NCBI RefSeq assembly: GCF_051858985.1
Contig: NZ_JBHYGM010000003.1
Span: 161,645-225,644 of the forward strand
Direction: 5' to 3'
DNA length: 64,000 bases
DNA from: Hydrogenophaga sp.
GTDB lineage: Bacteria > Pseudomonadota > Gammaproteobacteria > Burkholderiales > Burkholderiaceae_C
Positions 39,027 through 48,461 of the stretch are shown one piece after another. The number at the start of each line of letters is the position of its first letter. Within the stretch, counting starts at the first letter, position 1. The position numbers and the translations under genes were made by a program. Under the pieces are notes generated by a model, which saw nothing but the letters and a program-made list of their open reading frames with translations, did not search any database and was not told where the DNA came from.

Positions 39027-39823
39027 GCACGGTGGATGCGGTGCGCACCGAGAAGCTGGGCGAAGTCTGGGTGGTCACGCTCGACCGCCCCGACGTGCGC
39101 AACGCGGTGGACAACCCGACCGCCCGCGCCCTGTTCGACACGTTCCTCGCCTTCGAGGACGACGCGGAGGCGAGGGTGGCGGTGTTCCACGGCGCGCACG
39201 GCCACTTCTGTGCCGGCTGGGATCTGCAGTACGGTGCGCGCCTGTCCGAGTCGGGCGACACCGGCGGGCTCGATCTGGATTTCGACGCCAGCGATGCGCG
39301 TCCGCTCGGCCCCATGGGCCCTTCGCGCCTGCAACTGGGCAAACCCGTGATCGCTGCGGTGAGCGGCGCGGCGGTGGCCGGCGGCATGGAGCTGGCGCTG
39401 TGGTGCGACATGCGCGTGGTGGAGGAAGACGCCTACTTCGGCGTCTATTGCCGCCGCTTCGGGGTGCCGCTGATCGACGGCGGCACCGTGCGCCTGCCGC
39501 GCCTGGTCGGCATGGGCCATGCGATGGACCTGATCCTCACCGGCCGCAAGGTGGAAGCCACCGAGGCGCTGCAGATGGGTCTGGCCAACCGCGTGGTGCC
39601 CACCGGCCAGGCGCGCGAAGCCGCCATCGCCCTCGCGCGGCAGCTCGCCGCGTTTCCGCAGGCCACGATGCGCGCCGACCGCGAAAGCGCGCTGCGCCAG
39701 TGGGACTTGCCGCTGGGCGAGGCGCTGCACCAGGAGTGGGCGCGCGGTCGCGAGCGCATTCCCGACGCGCTGGAAGGCGCGCGGCGCTTCGCTTCCGGGC
39801 AGGGGCGCCACGGGAAGTTCTGA
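39023..39823 (+). CDS. Crotonase/enoyl-CoA hydratase family protein
   Basis: DRPDVRNAVD, FCAGWDL, AVAGGMELALWCD, RRFGVPLIDGG. Confidence 0.92.
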   Translation: MSTVDAVRTEKLGEVWVVTLDRPDVRNAVDNPTARALFDTFLAFEDDAEARVAVFHGAHGHFCAGWDLQYGARLSESGDTGGLDLDFDASDARPLGPMGPSRLQLGKPVIAAVSGAAVAGGMELALWCDMRVVEEDAYFGVYCRRFGVPLIDGGTVRLPRLVGMGHAMDLILTGRKVEATEALQMGLANRVVPTGQAREAAIALARQLAAFPQATMRADRESALRQWDLPLGEALHQEWARGRERIPDALEGARRFASGQGRHGKF

Positions 39824-39832
39824 GCGGCGGCG

Positions 39833-40669
39833 ATGCAACACGCCTGGCTGCTCGCCGCACTGCTCGCCAGTGGCCTGGCGTACGCACAGCCTGCACCGCT
39901 GACGTGTGGCGAGGTGGTGACCCTTGACGCGCAGCCGGGCACCACGCTGCGCTACGCCTGGCAGCCGCCCACGGGCACGGCCTCGCCCACCACCCTGGTG
40001 CTGCTTCCCGGTGGCGATGGCTACCCCAGGCTGGACGCGCAGGGGTGCGCACGGCGACTCAAAGGCAACTGGCTGGTGCGCTCCCTGAGCCTGTTTCAGG
40101 CGGCCGGTTTCGGCACGGCGCTGGTGGATGCGCCCACCGGCTGGCAGGGCGAGGACGGCCTGGCTGGCTACCGGGTGGACCCGCGACACGCCCAGGACCT
40201 GGGCCGCGTGATCGCCGACGTGCGTGTGCGCACCCGGGGCGCGGTGTGGGTGATGGGCACCAGCCGGGGCGCGATCTCGGCGGTGAACGCGGCATCGCGG
40301 CTGGTGGGTGATGCCGCGCCCGACGGGATCGTGCTCTCCTCGTCGGTGGTCTCGGGCCAGGTCGGTGCCCGCAAGCCGTGGGTGGCGCATTCGGTGTTCG
40401 ATCTGCCGCTGGAGAACATTCGCCAGCACGTGCTGGTGGTGGGCCACGCCGCAGATGCCTGCATCCGGTCGCCCGCGAGCCTGATGGCGCGCATCACCGA
40501 GCGCACCCAGGGTGCGCGCGAGCAGGTGGTGACCGTGACCGGCGGACCGGGGGGTGCGCACCTCTCCAGCGTGGACGCCTGCGAAGGCCGTTCGCCACAC
40601 GGCTTCCTGGACCAGGAAGCCGAGGTGGCCGCGGGCATCGAGCGCTTCGTGCGCGGGGCGCGCTATTAG
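39833..40669 (+). CDS. Secreted alpha/beta hydrolase
   Basis: Signal peptide; LLPGGDG; nucleophile elbow GTSRG; C-terminal PHGF. Confidence 0.75.
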   Translation: MQHAWLLAALLASGLAYAQPAPLTCGEVVTLDAQPGTTLRYAWQPPTGTASPTTLVLLPGGDGYPRLDAQGCARRLKGNWLVRSLSLFQAAGFGTALVDAPTGWQGEDGLAGYRVDPRHAQDLGRVIADVRVRTRGAVWVMGTSRGAISAVNAASRLVGDAAPDGIVLSSSVVSGQVGARKPWVAHSVFDLPLENIRQHVLVVGHAADACIRSPASLMARITERTQGAREQVVTVTGGPGGAHLSSVDACEGRSPHGFLDQEAEVAAGIERFVRGARY

Positions 40670-40679
40670 GATCGGGGCC

Positions 40680-41414
40680 ATGCAGCCCGACCTCGCCGAC
40701 GTCCTGATCCTTCAACACCTCAACGAGGACGGGCCCGGCTACCTGGGTGAGTGGCTCGACGCGCAGGGCGTTGCGTGGCACGTGCGCTGCGCCGAAGCCG
40801 GTGAAAGCTACCCGCAGAGCGTGCGCGGCTACCGGGGCCTGGCGGTGCTGGGGGGCGCGTGGAGCGCCAACGACGATCGCACCAGCCTGCGCCAGGCCGA
40901 GGCCCTGATCCGCGAGGCCGATTCGCTCGGCATCCCTGTGATCGGGCACTGCCTGGGCGGGCAGCTCATGGCGAAGGCGCTGGGTGGGCGCGTGGAAACG
41001 CTGGCCGTGCCCGAAGTGGGCTGGTGGCCGATGGCGCACACGGGCAGTGCGGCGGCGCGCGCATGGTTCGGCGAAACGACCACGCACACGGTGTACCAGT
41101 GGCACCAGGATGGATTCGTCGAATTGCCGGCCGGCGCGGAGTTGCTGGCATCGTCGCCCGCCTGCGCCCACCAGGCGTTTGCCATCGGGCCGCACCTGGG
41201 CATGCAGTTCCATATCGAGATCACGCCCCGGAAGATCGCCATCTGGCTGGACCAGCCGGGTGAGGCCTACCGGGCAAACGTGCCGCGCTTTCCCGGCAGT
41301 GTGCAGGACCCGGATGCCATGAACGCCGCCACGCCCCGCCACCAGCCTGGCAGCCAGGCGCTGGCCGATCGCATCTATGCCACGTGGCGCGCGCGTTGGC
41401 CTGAGAGAAACTGA
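40680..41414 (+). CDS. Class I glutamine amidotransferase-like protein
   Basis: ILQH, LGG, GHCLGGQL (nucleophile Cys), QWH, QFHIE. Confidence 0.88.
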   Translation: MQPDLADVLILQHLNEDGPGYLGEWLDAQGVAWHVRCAEAGESYPQSVRGYRGLAVLGGAWSANDDRTSLRQAEALIREADSLGIPVIGHCLGGQLMAKALGGRVETLAVPEVGWWPMAHTGSAAARAWFGETTTHTVYQWHQDGFVELPAGAELLASSPACAHQAFAIGPHLGMQFHIEITPRKIAIWLDQPGEAYRANVPRFPGSVQDPDAMNAATPRHQPGSQALADRIYATWRARWPERN

Positions 41415-41855
41415 TCAGCCAGCCAGCCCGGGCAGGTTCACCCCGTCGCGCGGAATCGGCCGGGGCTTGCCTTCCATGTCGATGGCCACATACGTCAGGC
41501 TGGCCTCGGTCACCTTCACGTACTGGCCCTGCGTGAGGAAGCGCTCGGCGTACACCTCCACCTGCACGGTGATGGACGTGCGACCCACGCGCGTGACGTG
41601 CGCGAAGAAGCTCAGGATGTCGCCTACCCGCACCGGCTGCTTGAAGATGAACTGGTTCACCGCCACCGTGGCCATGCGCCCGCGCACGTAGCGAGCGGGC
41701 AGCACGGCACCGGCCAGATCGACCTGCGCCATGACCCAGCCGCCGAAGATGTCGCCATTGGCGTTGCAATCCGCCGGCATGGGAATGACCTTGAGCACCA
41801 GTTCCCGGTCTTTGGGCAGGGTGGTTTCGGGGTTCGGGCTTGATTCGAGTGACAT
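41415..41855 (-). CDS. Acyl-CoA thioesterase (YciA-like hotdog fold)
   Basis: MPADCNANGDIFGGWVM, TVAVNQFIFKQPV, YVAID. Confidence 0.9.
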   Translation of the reverse strand: MSLESSPNPETTLPKDRELVLKVIPMPADCNANGDIFGGWVMAQVDLAGAVLPARYVRGRMATVAVNQFIFKQPVRVGDILSFFAHVTRVGRTSITVQVEVYAERFLTQGQYVKVTEASLTYVAIDMEGKPRPIPRDGVNLPGLAG

Positions 41856-41892
41856 GGGCACAATCTCTGGACGACGATCTCCATTCTCCTGC

Positions 41893-43740
41893 ATGCGCCC
41901 CGATTCCTCCGCCCAGCCCGCCATCGCCTTGCCCGCCAACCCTGGCGCGCCCGATCCGAAGGCGGCGCCACGGTCCGACTGGGCCACCCTCAAGCGCCTG
42001 CTTCCCTACCTCTGGCAATACAAGGTGCGCGTGGTGCTGGCGCTGGCCTTCATGGTGGCGGCCAAGATGGCCAATGTGAGCGTGCCGCTGCTGCTCAAGC
42101 AACTGGTGGACGCCATGACCATCAAGCCCGGCAGCGTGGAAGCGCTGCTGGTGGTGCCGCTGGGGCTGCTGCTCGCGTATGGCTTGCTGCGCCTGTCCAC
42201 CAGCGTGTTCACCGAACTGCGCGAGCTGGTTTTCGCCAAGGCCACCGAAGGCGCCACCCGCAGCATCGCGCTGCAGGTGTTCGGCCACCTGCATGCGCTG
42301 TCCCTGCGCTTCCACCTGGAGCGCCAGACCGGCGGCATGACGCGCGACATCGAGCGCGGCACGCGCGGCGTGCAGTCGCTCATCTCGTATTCGCTCTACA
42401 GCATCATCCCCACCCTGATCGAAGTGGCCATGGTGCTGGCGCTGCTGGGCACGCAGTTCGACATGGGCTACGTCTGGATCACGCTGGTCGCGCTGGTGCT
42501 CTATGTGACCTTCACCGTGGTGGTGACCGAGTGGCGCACCAAGTTCCGCCGGCAGATGAACGAGCTGGAGTCCACCAGCCAGAGCCGCGCCATCGACTCG
42601 CTGCTGAACTACGAGACGGTGAAGTACTTCAACAACGAGAACTTCGAGGCGCGCCGCTACGACGAGGCGCTGGAGAAGTTGCGCCGCGCGCGCATCAAGA
42701 GCCAGACCACGCTGTCCATGCTCAACGCCGGGCAGCAGGTGGTGATTGCCGTGGCGCTGGTGCTCATGCTGTACCGCGCCACGCAGGGTGTGGTCAGCGG
42801 CGAACTCACGCTGGGCGACCTGGTGATGGTCAACGCCTTCATGATCCAGCTCTACATTCCGCTCGGTTTCCTGGGCGTGCTGTACCGCGAGATCAAGCAG
42901 AGCCTGACCGACCTGGACAAGATGTTCGTGCTGCTGGAGAAAGAGCGCGAAGTGGCCGACGAACCGGGTGCGCAACCGCTGGCGCTGGCAGGTCCGCCGG
43001 CGGTGCGCTTCGAGAACGTGCATTTCTCCTACGAGCCCGCGCGCGAGATCCTGCACGGCATCAGCTTCGAGATTCCGCCCGGCAAGACGGTGGCGGTGGT
43101 CGGGCCGTCGGGTTCTGGCAAGAGCACGCTGGCGCGCCTGCTGTACCGCTTCTACGATGTGAGCAATGCGGACGAGGGTGGGCGCATCACGCTCGACGAC
43201 CAGGACATCAAGGCCGTGACCCAATCCAGCCTGCGCCAGGCCATCGGCATCGTGCCGCAGGACACGGTGCTGTTCAACGACACCATCGAATACAACATCC
43301 TTTATGGCCGCCCGGACGCCGGGCACGAGGCGGCGGTGCAGGCCGCTCAGGCGGCGCACATCCACAGCTTCATCGAACGCCTGCCGCTGGGCTACAGGAC
43401 CATGGTGGGTGAGCGCGGCCTGAAACTCTCCGGTGGCGAAAAGCAGCGCGTGGCGATCGCGCGCACCCTGCTCAAGAATCCGCCCATCGTGATCTTCGAC
43501 GAAGCCACTTCGGCCCTGGACTCGGCCAACGAGCGCGCCATCCAGGCCGAGCTGAGGTCCGCCGCCCGCAACAAGACCACGCTGGTGATCGCGCACCGGC
43601 TGTCCACGGTGGTGGACGCGCACGAGATCCTGGTGCTGGTGAACGGCGAGATCGTGGAGCGCGGGGCGCATGCAGATCTTGTCGCTCGGGACGGTGTGTA
43701 CGCGGGGATGTGGGCATTGCAGCAGAGCGGGGCGGATTGA
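41893..43740 (+). CDS. ABCB-family ABC transporter, ATM1-like permease/ATPase fusion
   Basis: LSLRFHLERQTGG, DSLLNYETVKYF, GPSGSGKST, LSGGEKQRVAIAR, DEATSALD. Confidence 0.92.
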   Translation: MRPDSSAQPAIALPANPGAPDPKAAPRSDWATLKRLLPYLWQYKVRVVLALAFMVAAKMANVSVPLLLKQLVDAMTIKPGSVEALLVVPLGLLLAYGLLRLSTSVFTELRELVFAKATEGATRSIALQVFGHLHALSLRFHLERQTGGMTRDIERGTRGVQSLISYSLYSIIPTLIEVAMVLALLGTQFDMGYVWITLVALVLYVTFTVVVTEWRTKFRRQMNELESTSQSRAIDSLLNYETVKYFNNENFEARRYDEALEKLRRARIKSQTTLSMLNAGQQVVIAVALVLMLYRATQGVVSGELTLGDLVMVNAFMIQLYIPLGFLGVLYREIKQSLTDLDKMFVLLEKEREVADEPGAQPLALAGPPAVRFENVHFSYEPAREILHGISFEIPPGKTVAVVGPSGSGKSTLARLLYRFYDVSNADEGGRITLDDQDIKAVTQSSLRQAIGIVPQDTVLFNDTIEYNILYGRPDAGHEAAVQAAQAAHIHSFIERLPLGYRTMVGERGLKLSGGEKQRVAIARTLLKNPPIVIFDEATSALDSANERAIQAELRSAARNKTTLVIAHRLSTVVDAHEILVLVNGEIVERGAHADLVARDGVYAGMWALQQSGAD

Positions 43741-43801
43741 ACTGGAGGCTGGTGTAACTCCCACCCGTTGGCCCTTCAGCGCCGCCCCATAATCGCGCGT
43801 C

Positions 43802-44728
43802 ATGGAAACCAAATGGCTTGAAGACTTCGTGAGTCTGGCGGAAACCCGAAGCTTCAGCCGCTCGGCGCAGTTGCGCCACGTCACCCAGCCCGCCTTCTCC
43901 CGGCGCATCCAGTCGCTCGAGGCCTGGGCCGGCACCGATCTGGTGGACCGGTCTTCCTACCCCACGCGGCTCACGCCCGCCGGCCAGACGCTGTACGACC
44001 AGGCTCTGGAGATGCTGCAGTCGCTCCAGAGCACGCGCGCCATGCTGCGCGCGCACACCGCCGCCGCGCAGGACGTGATCGAGTTCGCAGTGCCGCACAC
44101 GCTGGCCTTCACCTTCTTTCCGTCCTGGCTCTCGGGCCTGCGCGACACCTGCGGCCCGATCAAGAGCCGGCTGATTGCGATGAACGTGCACGATGCCGTG
44201 ATGCGGCTGGTGGAAGGCAGTTGCGACCTGCTCATTGCGTACGACCACGCCGCGCAACCCATCCAGCTGGATGCCGCGCGCTACGAGATGCTGCCGCTGG
44301 GCAAGGAACTGCTGGCGCCGTATGTGAAGCCCACCGCCAAGGGCGCTCCCATGTACGCACTGCCCGGCACCGCCAGCCATCCCCAGCCTTACCTGGCCTA
44401 TGCCCCGGGCGCTTACCTGGGCCGCGCGGTGGACCAGATGCTCAAGCAGAGCACCACGCCCATGCACCTGGACCGGCTGTACGAGACCGACATGGCCGAA
44501 GGCCTGAAAGCCATGGCGCTCGAAGGCCACGGCATCGCGTTCCTCCCGGCCAGCGCGGTGCGCAACGAAGTGGCTGCCCGAAAGCTGGTGTCGGCCGGCG
44601 ACGGGCTGGAAACCTCGCTGGACATCCGCATCTACCGCGCCCGCCCGCTGGACGCGCAGAAGGGCAAGCGGGCGGTGCAGGTGTTCTGGAGCCGGCTGGG
44701 CGAGAGCCTGGGCAGCCCGGCGGTTTGA
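43802..44728 (+). CDS. LysR family transcriptional regulator
   Basis: N-terminal [27 protein letters not shown]; substrate-binding domain. Confidence 0.93.
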   Translation: METKWLEDFVSLAETRSFSRSAQLRHVTQPAFSRRIQSLEAWAGTDLVDRSSYPTRLTPAGQTLYDQALEMLQSLQSTRAMLRAHTAAAQDVIEFAVPHTLAFTFFPSWLSGLRDTCGPIKSRLIAMNVHDAVMRLVEGSCDLLIAYDHAAQPIQLDAARYEMLPLGKELLAPYVKPTAKGAPMYALPGTASHPQPYLAYAPGAYLGRAVDQMLKQSTTPMHLDRLYETDMAEGLKAMALEGHGIAFLPASAVRNEVAARKLVSAGDGLETSLDIRIYRARPLDAQKGKRAVQVFWSRLGESLGSPAV

Positions 44729-44741
44729 GACAATCGGGCGC

Positions 44742-45797
44742 ATGAACGCCGCCTCAAGCCCCTCCCCCGACACCCTGACCCTCACCCGCCCCGACGACTG
44801 GCACCTGCATGTGCGCGATGGCGACGCGCTCGCCACCGTGGTGCCGCACACCGCCGCCCAGTTCGGCCGCGCGATCATCATGCCCAACCTCAAGCCGCCA
44901 GTGACCACGGCGGCGCAGGCCATGGCCTACCGCGATCGCATCCGCGCGGCTGTGCCGCGGGGATTGAGCTTCGAGCCGCTGATGACGCTCTACCTCACCG
45001 ACAACCTGCCGCCCGACGAGATCGCGCGGGCGAAGGATGCCGGCGTCGTCGCGCTCAAGCTCTATCCCGCCGGTGCCACCACCAACAGCGACGCCGGCGT
45101 GACCGACATCCGCAAGACGTACAAGACGCTCGAAGCCATGCAGCGCGCCGGCCTGCTGCTGCTGGTGCACGGAGAGGTCACCTCGCCCGACATCGACCTG
45201 TTCGACCGTGAGGCGGTGTTCATCGACGAGCAGCTCATCCCGCTGCGGCGCGATTTCCCTGAACTCAAGATCGTCATGGAGCACATCACCACCCGAGAGG
45301 CGGCGCAGTACGTGGCCGATGCCGGCGCACACACGGCGGCCACGCTCACCGCGCACCACCTGCTGTTCAACCGCAACGCCATCTTCACCGGCGGCATCCG
45401 GCCGCATTACTACTGCCTGCCGGTGCTCAAGCGCGAAACGCACCGCCAGGCGCTGCTGGCCGCAGCCACCAGCGGCAGCGACAGGTTCTTTCTCGGCACC
45501 GACAGCGCGCCGCACCCGGCGCACCTGAAGGAACACGCCATGGGCTGCGCAGGTTGCTACACGGCGCACGCCGCGATCGAGATGTACGCCGAAGCTTTCG
45601 ATTCGGTGAACGCGCTCGACCGGCTCGAAGGCTTCGCCAGCCTTCATGGCCCGTCTTTCTATGGCCTGCCGAAGAACGCCGGCACCATCACCCTGAAGCG
45701 GGAGAGCTGGACCACGCCCGAGAGCTTCCGCTTCGGCCAGGCCGACCTGAAGCCGTTGCGCGGCGGCGAGGCGCTGCCGTGGAGGCTGGTGGCCTGA
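44742..45797 (+). CDS. pyrC: Dihydroorotase
   Basis: [53 protein letters not shown]. Confidence 0.96.
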   Translation: MNAASSPSPDTLTLTRPDDWHLHVRDGDALATVVPHTAAQFGRAIIMPNLKPPVTTAAQAMAYRDRIRAAVPRGLSFEPLMTLYLTDNLPPDEIARAKDAGVVALKLYPAGATTNSDAGVTDIRKTYKTLEAMQRAGLLLLVHGEVTSPDIDLFDREAVFIDEQLIPLRRDFPELKIVMEHITTREAAQYVADAGAHTAATLTAHHLLFNRNAIFTGGIRPHYYCLPVLKRETHRQALLAAATSGSDRFFLGTDSAPHPAHLKEHAMGCAGCYTAHAAIEMYAEAFDSVNALDRLEGFASLHGPSFYGLPKNAGTITLKRESWTTPESFRFGQADLKPLRGGEALPWRLVA

Positions 45798-46534
45798 CGC
45801 CCTCGCCCGACTGGAGCGCGCCCTGGTTCGCGCCGCTGGCGCACCAGGGCAGGGCGGTGTCGAGCGCCATCGAGAAGGGCCAACCGCTGCCGCAGGCGCT
45901 GGGAGCCCAGCCAACCTGTCCCGTGCGTTTCGTCTCGCAAGAAGCGCTGCCGCCCGGTGTGGCCTACGAGCGGTTCATCTTCGACACCGGCCAGGTGCCC
46001 ACGCGCGAGAACCTGCACGACTTCTTCAACGGTCTGTGCTGGCAGCGCTATCCGCTCACCAAGCAACGGTTGAACCGGCTTCAGGCGACGGAGATCGCCG
46101 CCGCCGGCATTGGCGCCGTGCGCGGCCCGGTGCGCGACGCGCTGACGCTGTTCGACGAAAACGCCGCGCTGCTGCAGGCGCCCGATGCGATCTGGAATGC
46201 GCTGCTGGCGCGCGACTGGCACGCCTTGTTCGTGACACACCGTGCGCAGTGGGCACATGCGCGCCTGGTGCTGTTCGGCCACGCGTTGCTGGAGAAACTG
46301 GCTGCGCCCTACAAGTCCATCACCGCGCACGTGCTGCGCGAGCCGGTGCCGCTCGCCCTGCGGGATGACCTTGCGGCCTGGGATGCCTGGACGGCGGAGC
46401 GGCTGAGCGCGCCGTGGCTCGCCAGCAAGCCCTTCACGCCGCTGCCGGTGCTGGGCGTGCCCGGCTGGTGGCCACCCAACGAAGCGCCCGATTTCTACGC
46501 CGATGCGGCGGTGTTCCGGGCGCCGCGCGCTTGA
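45779..46534 (+). CDS. DUF3025 family protein (start uncertain)
   Basis: [51 protein letters not shown]; commonly found beside pyrC in betaproteobacteria. Confidence 0.8.
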   Translation: MEAGGLTPSPDWSAPWFAPLAHQGRAVSSAIEKGQPLPQALGAQPTCPVRFVSQEALPPGVAYERFIFDTGQVPTRENLHDFFNGLCWQRYPLTKQRLNRLQATEIAAAGIGAVRGPVRDALTLFDENAALLQAPDAIWNALLARDWHALFVTHRAQWAHARLVLFGHALLEKLAAPYKSITAHVLREPVPLALRDDLAAWDAWTAERLSAPWLASKPFTPLPVLGVPGWWPPNEAPDFYADAAVFRAPRA

Positions 46535-46555
46535 TTTCCGGGGCGGCGGCCCCAT
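46530..46555 (+). promoter_or_regulatory. Sigma32 (RpoH)-type promoter of htpX
   Basis: CTTGAT (46530-35), 14-nt spacer, CCCCAT (46550-55); matches the CTTGAA-N13/14-CCCCAT consensus upstream of a heat-shock gene. Confidence 0.75.
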
Positions 46556-46696
46556 ACTCGAATCTCGGTATCATGCGCCGTCCCTGGCGGGGCGGCACCT
46601 CGTGCCGACACCCCCGAAGCATCGGGAACCTGAATGGTCCGCAAGGATCACAAGCGCAGCCGGCGACCCCGACGCCGCTGCCACAACGGAGAAAAC

Positions 46697-47566
46697 ATGA
46701 AGCGCATCCTGCTGTTCGTTCTGACCAACTTCGCCGTCATGGCGGTGCTGCTGGTCACCACCCGTCTGCTGGGTGTGGACCGGTTCCTCACGGCCAACGG
46801 GCTGAACCTGACGGCGCTGGCCGGGTTCTCGCTCGTGATCGGCTTTGGCGGCGCCATCATCTCGCTGCTGATCAGCAAGCCCATGGCCAAATTCAGCACG
46901 GGTGCGCGCGTGATCAACCAGCCGCAGACGGCCGACGAAGCCTGGATCGTGGAAACCGTGCGCCGCTTCGCCGACAAGGCCGGCATCGGCATGCCCGAAG
47001 TCGCCATCTTCGAAGGCGCACCGAACGCGTTTGCCACCGGAGCGTTCAAGAACTCGGCGCTGGTCGCGGTGTCCACCGGCCTGCTGCAGAACATGACCAA
47101 GGAAGAGGTCGAGGCCGTCATCGGTCACGAGGTCGCGCACGTGGCCAATGGCGACATGGTCACCATGACGCTGATCCAGGGCGTGATGAACACTTTCGTG
47201 GTGTTCCTCAGCCGCGTCATCGGCTACGCGGTCGACGCGTTCCTGCGCCGTGGCAGCGACAGCAATTCCGGTCCCGGCATCGGCTACTACGTCACCACCA
47301 TCGTGATGGACATCGTGCTGGGTTTCCTGGCCGCCATCATCGTGGCCTGGTTCAGCCGCCAGCGCGAGTTCCGCGCCGACGCGGGCGCCGCCGGCCTCAT
47401 GGGCCGCAAGCAGCCCATGATCAACGCGCTGGCCCGCCTGGGCGGCCTCACCCCGGGCGAGTTGCCCAAGACGATGCAGGCGCTCGGCATCACCGGCAAC
47501 CTGGGCAAGTTGTTCAGCACCCACCCGCCGATCGAAGAACGCATTGCCGCATTGCAGAGGAATTGA
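46697..47566 (+). CDS. htpX: Zinc metalloprotease HtpX
   Basis: [48 protein letters not shown]; GGAGA RBS. Confidence 0.96.
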   Translation: MKRILLFVLTNFAVMAVLLVTTRLLGVDRFLTANGLNLTALAGFSLVIGFGGAIISLLISKPMAKFSTGARVINQPQTADEAWIVETVRRFADKAGIGMPEVAIFEGAPNAFATGAFKNSALVAVSTGLLQNMTKEEVEAVIGHEVAHVANGDMVTMTLIQGVMNTFVVFLSRVIGYAVDAFLRRGSDSNSGPGIGYYVTTIVMDIVLGFLAAIIVAWFSRQREFRADAGAAGLMGRKQPMINALARLGGLTPGELPKTMQALGITGNLGKLFSTHPPIEERIAALQRN

Positions 47567-47571
47567 TCCCG

Positions 47572-47662
47572 CGCGCCGCTTGCGGCGTCACCCCCAAGGG
47601 GGGCGCAGCTGGCGGCCTGGCAAAGCCAGTTCCGCGGCTGCTCTCGAACAAAGGCGCGTGAC
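47572..47662. repeat. Short palindromic intergenic element (second REP-like type)
   Basis: Stacked mini-hairpins CGCCGC-TT-GCGGCG, CCCCC-AA-GGGGG, CTGGC-AAA-GCCAG; resembles dispersed elements recalled from Comamonadaceae, but only one copy in this window. Confidence 0.45.
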
Positions 47663-47670
47663 CCGGCCAT

Positions 47671-47698
47671 GAAAAAGCGACCCGGGGGTCGCTTTTTC
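47671..47698. terminator. Bidirectional Rho-independent terminator
   Basis: Perfect inverted repeat GAAAAAGCGACCC-GG-GGGTCGCTTTTTC between convergent genes. Confidence 0.88.
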
Positions 47699-47711
47699 TT
47701 TGGTGGTGAGA

Positions 47712-48416
47712 TCAGCGGTTGCGTTCCCAGCGGTCGTTGTCGCGGCGGTGGTGTCCGTCGTGGCGTGGATGCTGGTAATGGCCCGGGCCCCAGCGGTAGC
47801 CATGGATCGGCACCACGGCCTGTCCACCGTAGGGGTAGTACTGCGTGCCGATGATGATGCGGGTGGTGGGCTCCACATACTGCACTTGGGGTCGGTAGGC
47901 GGGGTAGGTCACGACCGGTGGCGGCGGGGGCATGGCATCCGCCGGCGTGACGTTCAGGCGCACGAAGCGGCCGGGATCCTGCGGCATCTGAACGCGGTAC
48001 TGGCGGCCAGCGTATTCGTAGACCACGTCGTACGCCACCGGGCGGTTCTCGTAGTAGGTCTGCGTGCTGCACTGGCGGTAGGTTTCGGTGTGGGGCTGGC
48101 CCGGGCCTTCCACCCGATTGCCGACCATGGCACCGCCGATCAGGCCGATCACGGTGGCGGCGGCGCGGCCACTGCCGTTGCCGATGGCATTGCCCATGGC
48201 CCCGCCGGCGATGCCGCCAATGAGGGCACCGGCACCGGATTTCTGGCCCTGGTAGGTGACGCTCTCATCGCTGCACACTTCGCGGGGCACAGCCACCTGC
48301 TGGATGACCGGCGTGCTGCTGATGACGCGGCCTTGTTCTTCCTGCGCCTGCGCGACGCCACTGCCGGCCAGGGCAAGCAGGCCGGTCATCACGGGAATCA
48401 GAACGGGGGTTTTCAT
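47712..48416 (-). CDS. Glycine-zipper 2TM domain exported protein
   Basis: Signal peptide AQA/Q; GAGALIGGIAGGAMGNAIGNGSGRAAAT glycine zipper; YDVVYEYAG; GGAG RBS; TTGACA-N16-CAGACT promoter-like signal at 48465-48438. Confidence 0.85.
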   Translation of the reverse strand: MKTPVLIPVMTGLLALAGSGVAQAQEEQGRVISSTPVIQQVAVPREVCSDESVTYQGQKSGAGALIGGIAGGAMGNAIGNGSGRAAATVIGLIGGAMVGNRVEGPGQPHTETYRQCSTQTYYENRPVAYDVVYEYAGRQYRVQMPQDPGRFVRLNVTPADAMPPPPPVVTYPAYRPQVQYVEPTTRIIIGTQYYPYGGQAVVPIHGYRWGPGHYQHPRHDGHHRRDNDRWERNR

Positions 48417-48461
48417 GGGGAAGCTCCTGATGGGGGTAGTCTGGACTCTGCGCCCGTCATG

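Noticed and set aside
36208-39411. 1067-aa minus-strand ORF as a single fusion
   Set aside because: Only the last 291 codons (from GTG 37083) encode a LivH-like permease; the rest is antisense to the atuA/crotonase genes. The same applies to the N-terminal extensions of 34295-37168, 52970-54475 and 20641-23877.
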